From NCBI GenBank assembly GCA_030949565.1, contig JAUZSK010000075.1, positions 16,277 to 80,276 of the forward strand: a DNA stretch of 64,000 nt. The letters run 5' to 3'. Source of the stretch: Enterobacterales bacterium (GTDB lineage: Bacteria; Pseudomonadota; Gammaproteobacteria; Enterobacterales; Kangiellaceae). Below, one piece after another: positions 41,086 to 51,233 of this stretch. Under the pieces are notes generated by a model. It made no database searches, was not told where the DNA came from, and worked only from the letters and a program-made list of their open reading frames with translations. Each line of letters opens with the position of its first letter. Position 1 is the stretch's first letter. The position numbers and the translations under genes were made by a program.

Positions 41086-41940
41086 TATTGTTCCTCCTTC
41101 ATCATGGCAACAAACAGATCGGCGACACTTGGAGACCTAACCTCACCAAGCGCTTCTAACACTTGCTTTTCAACACCTTCATAGAGATAAACTCGGCGCC
41201 CAAAGACTTCACGTTGCGCAATTGGGTTTAAGTCTTCAGCTTGTTGTTTTTGGTCAAGGTTCACCATTACCTCACAGTATTTTTGACTCATCTCATCCAT
41301 ACTTGTATTAAGAATTATCTCACCGTCCCTTACAAAAATAAGATCCGTTAGCAGATTCTCAATTTCCTCGATTTGATGGGTAGTCACCAAAATACTACGA
41401 CCTTCGTCAAAGTAGTCCGACAAGAGTTGATTATAAAACTCCTTGCGATAGAGTATATCTAAGCCCAAGGTTGGCTCATCAAGCACAAGAAGCTTTGCAT
41501 CAATGGCGATTACAAGAGCCAGATGTAGCTGAGCAACCATGCCTTTAGAAAGTTCCTTGACCTTGGCTGTCATTGGAATTTTGGTTTTTTTGGAGAAACC
41601 CTTTGGCTTTCTCCAGATTAAACTTGGGGTGAACATCCTGCATAAAGGTCAGCGCTTCAGATACCTTTAACCAACGAGGTAGAACAGCGACATCAGCGAT
41701 AAAGCTGACATTCTGCATGATTTGATGGCGCTCTGTAGCGGGATTCATGCCAAGCACTTCAAGTTCACCATCAAATGAAGTTAATCCCAAAATTGCTTTA
41801 AGAATCGTTGTTTTACCTGCACCATTAGGACCAACCAGTCCAACGATTTTGCCCTGATGTAACTCAAAGTCTACTGATTTAAGTGCTTGCTTATTTCGGT
41901 AGAATTTTGAAAGTCCGCGCGCTTTAATTAATCTTGTCAT
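41085..41940 (-). pseudogene. ABC transporter ATP-binding protein, frameshifted at the T7 run 41585-41591
   Basis: Walker A GPNGAGKTT is in the 5' ORF. The signature and Walker B motifs (LSKGMVAQLHLAL...LLVLDEPTLGLD) are in the 3' ORF, in a different frame. Confidence 0.85.
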
Positions 41941-42314
41941 TATTGTATACCGCCCTTGTTCATTTTATTAGCCTCTAAACTTTCCAACGACAAACCTAAC
42001 CGATTTATTTTATCAATAATTTTTGGCCATTCCTGATTAATAAATCGATCTTTCTCCGAATTAAGTAGGTTGTTTCTAGCTGACTTGGTTACAAACATAC
42101 CCAGTCCACGTCGTTTTTCCAAAATGCCTTCATCCACCAGTTCTTGATAGGCTTTTGATACGGTTAATGGATTGATCTGATAATCGGCGGCAACTTGGCG
42201 TACCGAGGGTACCGATTCGCCTTCTTTTACCACACCATCGATGATGAGTTCGACAACCTTCTCTTTTAATTGCTTAAAAATCGGTTGTTGGTCATTCCAA
42301 ATAATTCCAGTCAT
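41940..42314 (-). CDS. GntR-family regulator, YtrA subfamily (short C-terminal domain)
   Basis: 124 aa with a wHTH motif (PSVRQVAADYQINPLTVSKAYQEL). It is the first gene of an ABC operon, as is typical for YtrA-type regulators. Confidence 0.85.
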   Translation of the reverse strand: MTGIIWNDQQPIFKQLKEKVVELIIDGVVKEGESVPSVRQVAADYQINPLTVSKAYQELVDEGILEKRRGLGMFVTKSARNNLLNSEKDRFINQEWPKIIDKINRLGLSLESLEANKMNKGGIQ

Positions 42315-42385
42315 AGTTTCTCACTTAAGATCATGGATAAAACATTGCTAACTACTTTCTTTTAAAACCATCATTATTGCATTTT

Positions 42386-42442
42386 AAGTGTCTTTTGAAC
42401 TGCGCCCACAGACACTTGGTGTTGTATACTACTATAACACCA
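42386..42442. promoter_or_regulatory. Two adjacent perfect 7-bp inverted repeats, candidate YtrA-type operators
   Basis: AAGTGTC-N18-GACACTT (42386-42417) and TGGTGTT-N12-AACACCA (42417-42442), 70-130 nt upstream of the GntR start. Confidence 0.45.
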
Positions 42443-42675
42443 TATCAGTTAGATGTCGAATCGTTAAGACAAGAATAACAAAAGTCTACAAATCGTCCTT
42501 AATCTACTGATTTAACTAGATATTTAATATTTTAATAAGTCATATTCATATTTCGTTACAGATAGACGCCTCTTATATACCCTTAATATCTGCTCAAAAT
42601 ACCGACTTTAAAACTATAAAACTCAGAGAGCCCCTTTTAAATTGATGCGCTTTAACGGCTTTGAAAAACCCGATG

Positions 42676-42790
42676 TGCCTGTCTATTATCGAGATTTGTC
42701 TATTATCGAGCCGATTATCAAGTCTAAAGCAGATTTTATGCCTGTCTAATATCGAATCTAAAATCGAATCTGCCTGTCTAATATCGAATT
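42676..42790. repeat. Cluster of short direct repeats (GCCTGTCTA[A/T]TATCGA and ATCGAAT[C/T]) in the ytrA-nudC intergenic region
   Basis: GTCTA(T/A)TATCGA occurs at 42681, 42698, 42744 and 42776. ATCGAATC/T occurs at 42751, 42763 and 42783. Confidence 0.75.
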
Positions 42791-42866
42791 TGTGATATAG
42801 ACTCAACTATCTTTAGCCGCTTTCATTTATCTGCTATTTATGGGAGGATGGCGATTCTATTAAAAG

Positions 42867-43889
42867 ATGCAACGAGATCCGATGACTTTTATCCCACTTG
42901 ACCGTAATGCCGCTGTACGCGAGCAAAACGATCAACTAAAGCAGCGCTTTTTACTAGATAGCAGTCAAATTTTAGTCGCGGTTAAAGGTCAGTTTATTGG
43001 TGTCAATAATCAGCCCCGTTACTTTAGCTATCAGCAACTAATCAAAAAAGGTTGGACCACAAGTCATGACCATCAATCTTTGGCTAGTGAGCTGCTTTAC
43101 CTAGGACAAGCAAGCAAACCTGCAGAATCAACTAATCTCCAGTCTAACCCTGTCACCGATTATTTTGTCTGGTTGCCATCGGTTGATAACCAACAATTAA
43201 ATCAACTTCTCGCTAAAAATCAGCAATCTAATGATAAATTGGCACTATCAACCATTAATATTCGTGTAGCCGCCATGGTCAACCCAGATTTCGACGTTAA
43301 TCTGCTAATTTATGCCAAGGGATTGGTTAATTGGCATTTCAAAAATACATTTTGTGCTTGCTGCGGTCATCCTAGTCAAATATCTGCCTCAGGTCATAGC
43401 CGGACGTGCCACAACTCCCAATGTGAGCAGGTGCATTTTCCAAAAATCGAACCGGCCGTTATTTTTTCTATTGAAACAATCATTGATGGAGAAAGTAACC
43501 TGCTGCTTGCTCGGCAAGCGAGTTGGGCAGAAAAAAGATATTCAGTGGTGGCTGGGTTTTCGGAAGTTGGCGAAACACTTGAAGATTCAGTAAAAAGAGA
43601 GGCTATGGAAGAGGTTGGACTCGCTGTAGAAAAGATCCAGTATATAGCATCACAACCCTGGCCTTTTCCCGCATCTTTAATGATAGCGTTTCAATGTGAA
43701 ACAAAACAAAGTAGCATACGTCTGCTTGATAAGGAACTAGAGCACGCCGCTTGGTTTTCTGCAAATAAACTGACCACAAGGGTACAAAGCGGCGAACTCT
43801 TACTACCCTTTAGTTTTTCGGTCTCTTGGCAACTGATCGATCGCTGGTATCAACAAGAAACAGGCAATCAATTAAGCAGCCTTGTGTAG
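42867..43889 (+). CDS. nudC: NAD(+) diphosphatase NudC (NADH pyrophosphatase / RNA decapping Nudix)
   Basis: Zinc ribbon CACCGH...C..SQC, Nudix box GFSEVGETLEDSVKREAMEEVGL, and SQPWPFPASLM. Confidence 0.88.
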   Translation: MQRDPMTFIPLDRNAAVREQNDQLKQRFLLDSSQILVAVKGQFIGVNNQPRYFSYQQLIKKGWTTSHDHQSLASELLYLGQASKPAESTNLQSNPVTDYFVWLPSVDNQQLNQLLAKNQQSNDKLALSTINIRVAAMVNPDFDVNLLIYAKGLVNWHFKNTFCACCGHPSQISASGHSRTCHNSQCEQVHFPKIEPAVIFSIETIIDGESNLLLARQASWAEKRYSVVAGFSEVGETLEDSVKREAMEEVGLAVEKIQYIASQPWPFPASLMIAFQCETKQSSIRLLDKELEHAAWFSANKLTTRVQSGELLLPFSFSVSWQLIDRWYQQETGNQLSSLV

Positions 43890-43925
43890 CATCTATTCGA
43901 ACAATAGTTATTTAGGAATATTAAA

Positions 43926-44444
43926 GTGACAAAACCATCGATTAAAAAAATCTTATCTTATACTAGCCAGGCCCTTGTATTTGTCGCTATTTTCTATGCC
44001 ATCACCCTGTGGCAACAAAAGGATATGTTAGAAACAGGCTCCCAAAACCTGGCACCTAGTTTTGCATTGGTTGATATGGATGGCAACCTTGTTAAGTTCG
44101 ATCCAAAAGCACAAACCAAACAAACCCTAATCTACTTTTTTGCACCCTGGTGTCCGGTTTGCCATGCTTCAATCGATAATATTGAATCAATTAAAAAATC
44201 GACGGGGAACAGGGTAAACTTTCTAATTATCGCCTTGGACTGGAAAAATAAACAGCAAGTGGAAGAGTTTTTAGCTCAGCATGAATTAACCATTGCCGTA
44301 TTACTAGGGACTCAATCAACCCTCACTCAGTTTCAAATTGGAGGCTTCCCAAGCTACTATGTCATAAGCGACACAGGGCGACTCACATCAAAAGATATGG
44401 GCTATACAACCGAATTAGGAATGAGGTTAAGGTTGGGTTTCTAG
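43926..44444 (+). CDS. TlpA/ResA-like membrane-anchored thiol-disulfide oxidoreductase
   Basis: N-terminal TM segment, the thioredoxin-fold motif FFAPWCPVCH, and GFPSYYVI. Confidence 0.8.
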   Translation: MTKPSIKKILSYTSQALVFVAIFYAITLWQQKDMLETGSQNLAPSFALVDMDGNLVKFDPKAQTKQTLIYFFAPWCPVCHASIDNIESIKKSTGNRVNFLIIALDWKNKQQVEEFLAQHELTIAVLLGTQSTLTQFQIGGFPSYYVISDTGRLTSKDMGYTTELGMRLRLGF

Positions 44445-44505
44445 TCTATCAGCCGCTTTCCGTGTTTAAAACATTAGCATTCGTTTTAAACCTTCTGCGT
44501 CTAAA

Positions 44506-44769
44506 TTAGGCTGAGGAAGCTTTGACAAAAATAGGTTTTTGCGCAGCATTGCGCCAGCGATACATCAGCTTGCTATCCATCGCTTCATCACAATTTCCAC
44601 AGCCGGAACCACAGCTAGCATCCAGTTCAAAGGACTCGATATGGCCTTTTTTCTCCCATCGCGACAACATATCCTGCATCATAATTTCACTGACATAAAA
44701 GTGACGGGCCAAGTCTGACAGACTCATTTGTTGTCTTCCAATTAAAAGTTTTTTTATATCCATCAGCAT
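44506..44769 (-). CDS. feoC: FeoC-like winged-helix protein
   Basis: The start overlaps the feoB stop (TAATG). LSDLARHF wHTH plus a C-terminal Cys cluster (CGSGCGNC). Confidence 0.75.
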   Translation of the reverse strand: MLMDIKKLLIGRQQMSLSDLARHFYVSEIMMQDMLSRWEKKGHIESFELDASCGSGCGNCDEAMDSKLMYRWRNAAQKPIFVKASSA

Positions 44770-47135
44770 TAGAAAATCCTCTGATGAAGATGGCTGTTTG
44801 GATCGGAGGCTTCGCTTGCTTTTTTCTTGGCCCAATAGTTTAAAAAGGCGATGTTAGCGAGATGAAGCAACAGGAAAAAAACAATCCAGCTAATGGCTGA
44901 AACTGGAGCTACCGCTATTTGACCTGACTGATAGACGATGGTGGAAAGACTATAAGCTAAGAAACTAGTCCAAGCGACAGAAAACAATGTCCATTTTTTA
45001 CCTGTTTCTTTAAAGGTTGCTCCCACTGCCGAAACACAGGGTGAATAAAGGAGAATAAATAATAGATAACTAAAGGCGCCTAATTGACCGTCAAATGATT
45101 GCTTAAGGCGATCAAATATTGTTCTGCTAACATTTTGTGACTCAGCAATGCCAGCCTTGTCAGCAATATCGACATCAAGCCCTAGCGGATCAGTCAATGC
45201 TGAAAGAACTAAGGATAAATTATCTGGGATGGTTTGAAGCGCGTCTAACAGCCGATTTTTAAGAATGAAAACTTCTGTTTGCGGGGCAACACCTTCCTGA
45301 CTTAAATAAAGCGCATCAATACTCCCGACAATGACTTCTTTAGCAAATAAACCAGTAAACAGACCAACTGTAGCTGGCCAATTTTCTTGTTTAATTCCTA
45401 TCGGTTTAAACATCGGTGTTAAGCCTTTACCAATACTCGTTAGCACTGATTTTTCAGTGTTCTCATTGCCATAAGAAAAATCGGTGCCCAATGAGTTTAA
45501 AAAGCTAAGAATAACCACCACTAAAACAATGAGTCGGCCAGCGCCAAATAAAAATGATCGCAGTTTCCCCCAAGTTTTACTCAAGACATTTCTTAATTGT
45601 GGCAGATGATAGACCGGCAACTCCATGACAAAGGGGGTTACTTCACCGGCTAAAATGGTTTTTTTCAGTAACAGTCCGGTTAACACTGCAATAACAATCC
45701 CGATCATATAGAGAGCAAAAATAAGCCCCGACGCATTATCAGGAAAGAAAACCACGGCAAATAATATATACACCGGTAATCGCGCACCGCAGGAAATAAA
45801 AGGGCTCATCATCACCGTCATGATGCGATCTTTCTCATATTCTAACGAACGAGTGGCATAGATAGCGGGTACGGTACAACCTAATCCAACCATTAAAGGT
45901 ATAAAGGACTTGCCCGGCAAACCGATCGCTTGCATAAAGCGATCCATCACAAAAGCACCACGTGCCAAGTAGCCAGAATCTTCCAAAAAGGCCAAAAATA
46001 AATACAAGCTTCCAATTATAGGAATAAACGTCGACACAACTTGGATACCGCCGCCAACACCCTGTGTTAAAAGCGTATTCAACCAATCGGCCACGCCAAG
46101 GTTTGCTAGCCAAATAGACCCGCCTTCCACCAGAATAGCATTGGTTGCTTGGTCAAAAAAGTCTATAAAGGCACCGCCCACATGGATGGTAAAAACAAAC
46201 ATTAAATAAGTCACTAACAAAAACAAGGGTACACCAAATAATCGGTGCAAAAATACAGTATCTAATCTTTCTGATAAACTTCGAGAGACTTGACCGCTTT
46301 TTTTGACTGAGCTTTCTATCCAACTCAATATTTTCCTATATCGTGCATCGGCGATAACGATATCGAGGTCATCACCATATTTTTGTAGTATTTTCTGTTT
46401 TGGTACAGCAATCGATTGCTTTAACGCCTCATCCATCGGATAGTTATGATCTTCCAAAACTCTGATAGACAGCCAATGAGCTTTCTGCTTTGCCATATCG
46501 CTTGACTGAGTAATCAACTCTAATATTTCACTATGCCAGTCTTTAAGAGGTTGATCAAAATCTAATTTAAAAGGCTTCGCTTTTACTGGATTGTTAGCTA
46601 ACCTGTATATCTCTTCAACTAAAGAAGCATTAACCCTTTGTTGGCTTGCAACCAGAGGTAACACGGGACACCCCAACTCATTTTTCAATTGCTCAATATT
46701 TATCTTCATGTCCTTATTGTTAGCGACATCCATCATATTAAGCACCACCAAGGTAGGCTTGCCTATTTCTAATATCTGAGTGGTTAAATAGAGGTTTCTT
46801 TCAATGTTAGACGCGTCAATGATATTGATGATTAAGTCAGGCTCATCCGATAAGATAAAATTTCTAGCTATTTTTTCATCAAGAGCAATTGATTCATCAA
46901 TCGCATCCAAGGAATAGGTGCCAGGAAGGTCAACCACTTCAATTTCAAATCCGTCTTTGGATGCAGTATCACCAGTGGTATTACGCTTGTCTATCTTAAG
47001 AGAACCACTTTTTTTCTCGACCGTTACCCCAGGCCAGTTACCTACCTGGTGTTTGGAGCCTGTCAAAAGATTAAACAGTGTTGTCTTACCGCTATTAGGA
47101 TTACCGCAAAGGGTCACTGTTAGATGTTGTGCCAT
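44769..47135 (-). CDS. feoB: Ferrous iron transporter FeoB
   Basis: N-terminal G domain (GNPNSGKTTLFN, DLPGTYS, NMMD) and a polytopic C-terminal domain, 788 aa. Confidence 0.95.
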   Translation of the reverse strand: MAQHLTVTLCGNPNSGKTTLFNLLTGSKHQVGNWPGVTVEKKSGSLKIDKRNTTGDTASKDGFEIEVVDLPGTYSLDAIDESIALDEKIARNFILSDEPDLIINIIDASNIERNLYLTTQILEIGKPTLVVLNMMDVANNKDMKINIEQLKNELGCPVLPLVASQQRVNASLVEEIYRLANNPVKAKPFKLDFDQPLKDWHSEILELITQSSDMAKQKAHWLSIRVLEDHNYPMDEALKQSIAVPKQKILQKYGDDLDIVIADARYRKILSWIESSVKKSGQVSRSLSERLDTVFLHRLFGVPLFLLVTYLMFVFTIHVGGAFIDFFDQATNAILVEGGSIWLANLGVADWLNTLLTQGVGGGIQVVSTFIPIIGSLYLFLAFLEDSGYLARGAFVMDRFMQAIGLPGKSFIPLMVGLGCTVPAIYATRSLEYEKDRIMTVMMSPFISCGARLPVYILFAVVFFPDNASGLIFALYMIGIVIAVLTGLLLKKTILAGEVTPFVMELPVYHLPQLRNVLSKTWGKLRSFLFGAGRLIVLVVVILSFLNSLGTDFSYGNENTEKSVLTSIGKGLTPMFKPIGIKQENWPATVGLFTGLFAKEVIVGSIDALYLSQEGVAPQTEVFILKNRLLDALQTIPDNLSLVLSALTDPLGLDVDIADKAGIAESQNVSRTIFDRLKQSFDGQLGAFSYLLFILLYSPCVSAVGATFKETGKKWTLFSVAWTSFLAYSLSTIVYQSGQIAVAPVSAISWIVFFLLLHLANIAFLNYWAKKKASEASDPNSHLHQRIF

Positions 47136-47272
47136 GATAACTTCTTATGATTAATAAATACTAAATGGAATCTAAAAGATGCGGCTTGCAAAGGAAGTAC
47201 TGGACGTTAGCAATGAAACGTAACTTTTAGATAGTAATAAACTTAAAAAAAAAGCGAGTCTAGGGACTAGAT

Positions 47273-47518
47273 TTAATTGAGCAACTCAACTCGAATGCCG
47301 CGCGCTTCACTTTGTCGAAGACTTAAAGAAAAACCACGCAAACTGAGTTCAAGCGGGCCACCCAGTGGCGCTTTTCGAAGAATACTCACCCGCGTACCCG
47401 GTGTTAATCCCATAGAAAGCAGTTTTTTACGAAAAACACTGCCCTTCTCACCGAGACTTACCACTTTTACAGACTGCTCTGCGTTAACACTGGCCAAACT
47501 TTGGGTCATATCAAACAC
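47273..47518 (-). CDS. feoA: FeoA
   Basis: 81-aa SH3-like FeoA (LLSMGLTPGTRVSILRKAPLGGPLEL) upstream of feoB. Confidence 0.88.
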   Translation of the reverse strand: MFDMTQSLASVNAEQSVKVVSLGEKGSVFRKKLLSMGLTPGTRVSILRKAPLGGPLELSLRGFSLSLRQSEARGIRVELLN

Positions 47519-47636
47519 CTTATCGACTATTACCTAAACTAAATTAATTCAAAAGTAAAAATCCTAACAATAAAATTAGGATTTCAGTCGAACTAAAACA
47601 GCTCATTTCTAGGTTACTAGTGATCCTAGTCTAAAT

Positions 47637-47655
47637 GCGAATGATTTTCAACAAG
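47637..47655 (-). promoter_or_regulatory. Weak Fur-box candidate upstream of feoA
   Basis: On the minus strand, CTTGTTGAAAATCATTCGC matches GATAATGATAATCATTATC at 12 of 19 positions, including the central AATCATT. Confidence 0.3.
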
Positions 47656-47783
47656 ATTTACAAAAAAACAAGCTGAATACATTGATCTGGGTCACGATTG
47701 CGCTATTTTATTGAATTATCTCCTTAGGAGATGTTAAATTGGTGGTATTTGCTCCATTTTGGTTGATCATTGACCACTTTTAA

Positions 47784-47797
47784 GGCACAGTAGCAGC
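47784..47797 (+). promoter_or_regulatory. Candidate sigma-54 (-24/-12) promoter for the pilin gene
   Basis: GGCAC-AGTAG-CAGC has the GG-N10-GC spacing and a good -24 element, about 145 nt upstream of the pilin ATG. The -12 element is weak. Confidence 0.3.
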
Positions 47798-47942
47798 TAA
47801 GAATTTACAAAATGTCAATTATTACACTAGCAAAGGCGTAACTACTTCGCATTTTTAGATTTTTATTTACAACTAGTTTATTTATTTTGAACCAGTTAAC
47901 AATTGTTATAGAAACTGTTAACCCGTAGTTAGGAGCGTATAA

Positions 47943-48371
47943 ATGAAGCAACGCACCAGTGGATTTACCCTTATCGAACTAATGATTGTTGTGGCAATCA
48001 TTGGCATTTTAGCCGCCATCGCGGTCCCGGCTTATCAGGATTACATGATAAGAACCCGTATATCAGAAGGCGTTCTATCTGCTGCCGCCGCTAAAAGAGT
48101 GGTTATTCTTAATGCTTACAACGCAACCGATAAATTTGATCGTGGTTGGGATAAGCCCGCTGCTACAGAATATGTATCAAAGGTTAAAATTGATGATGAT
48201 GATGGTTCTATTACTGTTACTTTTACTGCAAAAGCGGGTGACGGCACTTTAATATTTCAACCCAGTGATAATAATGGCTTCTTAGTAAAAAATACTTCCC
48301 CATTAGGGTCGATTACTTGGGATTGTACCGGCGGTACTTTGGCTCAAAAATACCGTCCCGGTAATTGCTAA
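47943..48371 (+). CDS. pilA: Type IVa major pilin (PilA/PilE-like)
   Basis: Short leader ending in G, then [27 protein letters not shown]. There is a C-terminal disulfide loop (C...C). Confidence 0.9.
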   Translation: MKQRTSGFTLIELMIVVAIIGILAAIAVPAYQDYMIRTRISEGVLSAAAAKRVVILNAYNATDKFDRGWDKPAATEYVSKVKIDDDDGSITVTFTAKAGDGTLIFQPSDNNGFLVKNTSPLGSITWDCTGGTLAQKYRPGNC

Positions 48372-48594
48372 TACTAAAAAATCTGTACAAACCCTAGCGC
48401 TGCTGCTGATTGACTCAAAACCAAGCCATGCTCTATGTCCGTTCTTAAAATTAACGATCTTGACGCCTCTAATTACCCATTGCTGTAATTGATTAAAGCG
48501 AAAATTACGCCTGACAAGACTTGCCGAGTCTGCTAAATTAGGCGACGACATAACCGTTAATATAAACTCACGCTAAATTCTGTGGAGATCTGGC

Positions 48595-49548
48595 ATGCTT
48601 TTGTCGCAAAAATCGATCGCTTTTGTTGGCTATATCCTTTTACTCAGTGCCCTGTTACTCAATTATTCTTTAAAGGCTTCAGAATTAAAATCTTTTACCG
48701 TCGAGTCTAATGGTCACGCGTTACGTCTGTGGTTTAAGGCTTCGAACAATTTATCTTCGGTCTTGACTAATCAAACAGACAAATCTTCACCCAATATTCT
48801 TTTATTACACGGACGCACCTGGAGCTCACTACCCGACTTTGATCTACAGGTCCAAGGCGAGAAACTGTCTCTAATGGATAACCTTAATCAATTAGGTTTT
48901 AACGTGTGGGCGCTTGATGCTAGAGGTTATGGAGAAACCGCTAGAGACGAAAGCGGTTGGAATACACCAAATAAAGCCTCACTTGACGTATTCAATACTC
49001 TGCAATGGATAAATCGCAAAACCAATCAATCGACCACTCTTTTTGGCTGGTCCTACGGCTCAATGGTGGCGCAACTAACGCTTCAAAAACATCCTAAAGC
49101 TGCTAATGCACTCATTTTATATGGTTTCCCTATTGATCCAGAGGAAAAGATAGAAGCTCAAACTGAGTTAGATCATCCAGCAAAAAAAATAAACACAGCC
49201 AAAAATGCTGCTAGTGATTTTATTGTGCCAGGATCCATTTCACAAAAGGCGATACAAGTCTATGTGAAAGCATCATTAAAAGCCGATCCTATTCGTGCTG
49301 ATTGGAGAGCCATCGAGCAATGGAACCAATTAGATGCAAGCCAACTCAATATTCCGCTATTACTGCTTCAAGGTGAATTTGATCCACTTGCAAAGACACC
49401 GTCTCACGCTCGATTTTTCAGCCGTCTACCCAATGCCAATAAACAATGGATTGTATTAGCTGGCGGCGACCATGCAGCTCTATTAGAAACACCAAAAGAC
49501 CGGCTGGCTCATGCGGTAAAAAACTTTGTGGACTGGCTTAGTTTCTAA
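48595..49548 (+). CDS. Secreted alpha/beta-fold hydrolase
   Basis: Signal or anchor sequence, LLLHGRTW, the nucleophile elbow GWSYGS, and a C-terminal GGDHAALLE. Confidence 0.75.
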   Translation: MLLSQKSIAFVGYILLLSALLLNYSLKASELKSFTVESNGHALRLWFKASNNLSSVLTNQTDKSSPNILLLHGRTWSSLPDFDLQVQGEKLSLMDNLNQLGFNVWALDARGYGETARDESGWNTPNKASLDVFNTLQWINRKTNQSTTLFGWSYGSMVAQLTLQKHPKAANALILYGFPIDPEEKIEAQTELDHPAKKINTAKNAASDFIVPGSISQKAIQVYVKASLKADPIRADWRAIEQWNQLDASQLNIPLLLLQGEFDPLAKTPSHARFFSRLPNANKQWIVLAGGDHAALLETPKDRLAHAVKNFVDWLSF

Positions 49549-49569
49549 AATTTTATAACCAAATGAATA

Positions 49570-49905
49570 TTAGCTGTTAGTAGCAGCGCTAGAGGTGACA
49601 GCCGTGCTAGCTGCAGTTGCCTGTTGCGCAGCCATTTGGGCTGAAATTAAGGCGGCATTATCACTTTCACTCGCAATAATACAATTACCATATCCAAGGC
49701 CCTTTAGGGTTCTCTCCCACCTAATTCGTCCGTTGCCAGCATCAAGACAAAACAAGTGTCCTCCAGAATAGGCAAACAGCTTGTTTTCATCAAAATAAAC
49801 ATTGGTAAGCCTGCCTGACTTGACCTTTTGTCGCCATAGCTCTTTACCGTCCTTCTTTCGAATGCAGACGATTTGACTATTAATACCTAAAAATAATTTT
49901 TCCAT
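49570..49905 (-). CDS. Small PQQ-like beta-propeller-repeat protein with an Ala/Thr/Ser-rich tail
   Basis: Two repeats of the form h-x-C-h-D/R-x-x-x-G-x-x-x-W (IVCIRKKDGKELW, LFCLDAGNGRIRW). Confidence 0.5.
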   Translation of the reverse strand: MEKLFLGINSQIVCIRKKDGKELWRQKVKSGRLTNVYFDENKLFAYSGGHLFCLDAGNGRIRWERTLKGLGYGNCIIASESDNAALISAQMAAQQATAASTAVTSSAATNS

Positions 49906-50011
49906 TACCCAACTCCAATCAATGAGCTTTTAATTTCAACTTTGTTTTCATGCTAATTAGTTAAACGTAACATCTGACTATTTATTCCACTAATTTTTCT
50001 GCGCAGAAGTT

Positions 50012-51233
50012 CTAAGGCAAAGGCTCTATTTTCAATAACTCATAAATCGACTGTCCTCTTTTACTTTGTAACTCTCGATTCATATAGTCAATAATCAAGT
50101 GAGAAAAAATATCCTGACTATTTCTAGATAGATGAGACCACTCTGGTGTTTCTAAATCAGAGGATAATTCTGGGTAATCCATAGTATTTAACGCCGCGAC
50201 TTGCAAGTCATCGATCATTTTTTTCCACATTAGATTATAATAGTCCGTCTTTAAATCATATTTTAAATAGTCTCCAGATGATGGCATTCTTATAAATATA
50301 ATATCACCACCCCGATGGCGAATTTTATCTATAATCGGTCTATAATACTCAATGCTTTCTTGGGCCATTTTTTCTATTTCATCTGATGTTGGTGGTTTTT
50401 TTATTAAACCATTGGACCAAAAATTAGTAATCTGAGTATTATCAAAACTCCCAACAATTTCAACTGGGTGCCACATTTCGGTTAACCTAGCTTGATATAT
50501 ATTACCTAACTTCCATTCCTTGTAAAGCAGCTTTTTTGACCCAATTCTATGGGGAAGATCTATATATCGCTCCATCAATTCAGGCATCGAAAATGCCTTC
50601 GTCCAAAAACGCAAAATAGTCAGATAGAAAATCCTGCAGTTTTGCGCCGGTATAGCCAGACGGTGACTGATGATGATAAGCATCCAAGGCGCCTTTTCCA
50701 AAATGGCCCTCATCCATTCGATTGAATAAAAAAGGTGTTACACCAACAACCAAGAGTCCATCAAAATTAGTATTGTCTACTATATCTTTTACAAACAAGG
50801 CGGGTCCTGTTCCTGGCAATGCCAATTGTAATGGTTGGCTACCAAGATGCTCTCTCATAATATTAAAGTCCATCCCCCAAAGCACTCGGCTCGAACCCAA
50901 TAAAACCATCTTTATATTATTAGGCTTATCGAGTTTCCTTCTTTCTTCGGCCCACATATTGTCAAATCCAGTTTGATAAGTCCCGGACCGGTGCCCCATT
51001 TTATAGGCGAGAAACTCCCAAGAAGCCAGGCTAAAAATTAATAGTGGCAGCGCAAAAAACATTATTTTAGACCACGACAACTGTGGTATAACTCGATAAG
51101 GGATATGTTGCTTTTTAGAATAAACTTCATCGTGCGTTTCAATCGTTTTAGATCCATGCTCGGCATTAAATTCCTGCATCTCGTCGCAGCTAAGATCGGG
51201 CTTGGAATTAGAACTGGAAATAGATGAAGGCAT
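50012..51233 (-). pseudogene. Membrane-anchored partner protein of the MBOAT acyltransferase (in the AlgJ/PatB position), frameshifted near 50586-50594
   Basis: The ORFs 50580-51233 and 50012-50713 overlap. Deleting one base joins ...YFAFLDEGI to (S)MPELMERYIDLP. The start overlaps the MBOAT 3' end. Confidence 0.6.

Noticed and set aside
42594-42806. The 70-aa minus-strand ORF in the ytrA-nudC intergenic region
   Set aside because: Its sequence (…DSILDSILDRH…RLDNRLDNRQISIIDRH…) simply mirrors the short DNA repeats.
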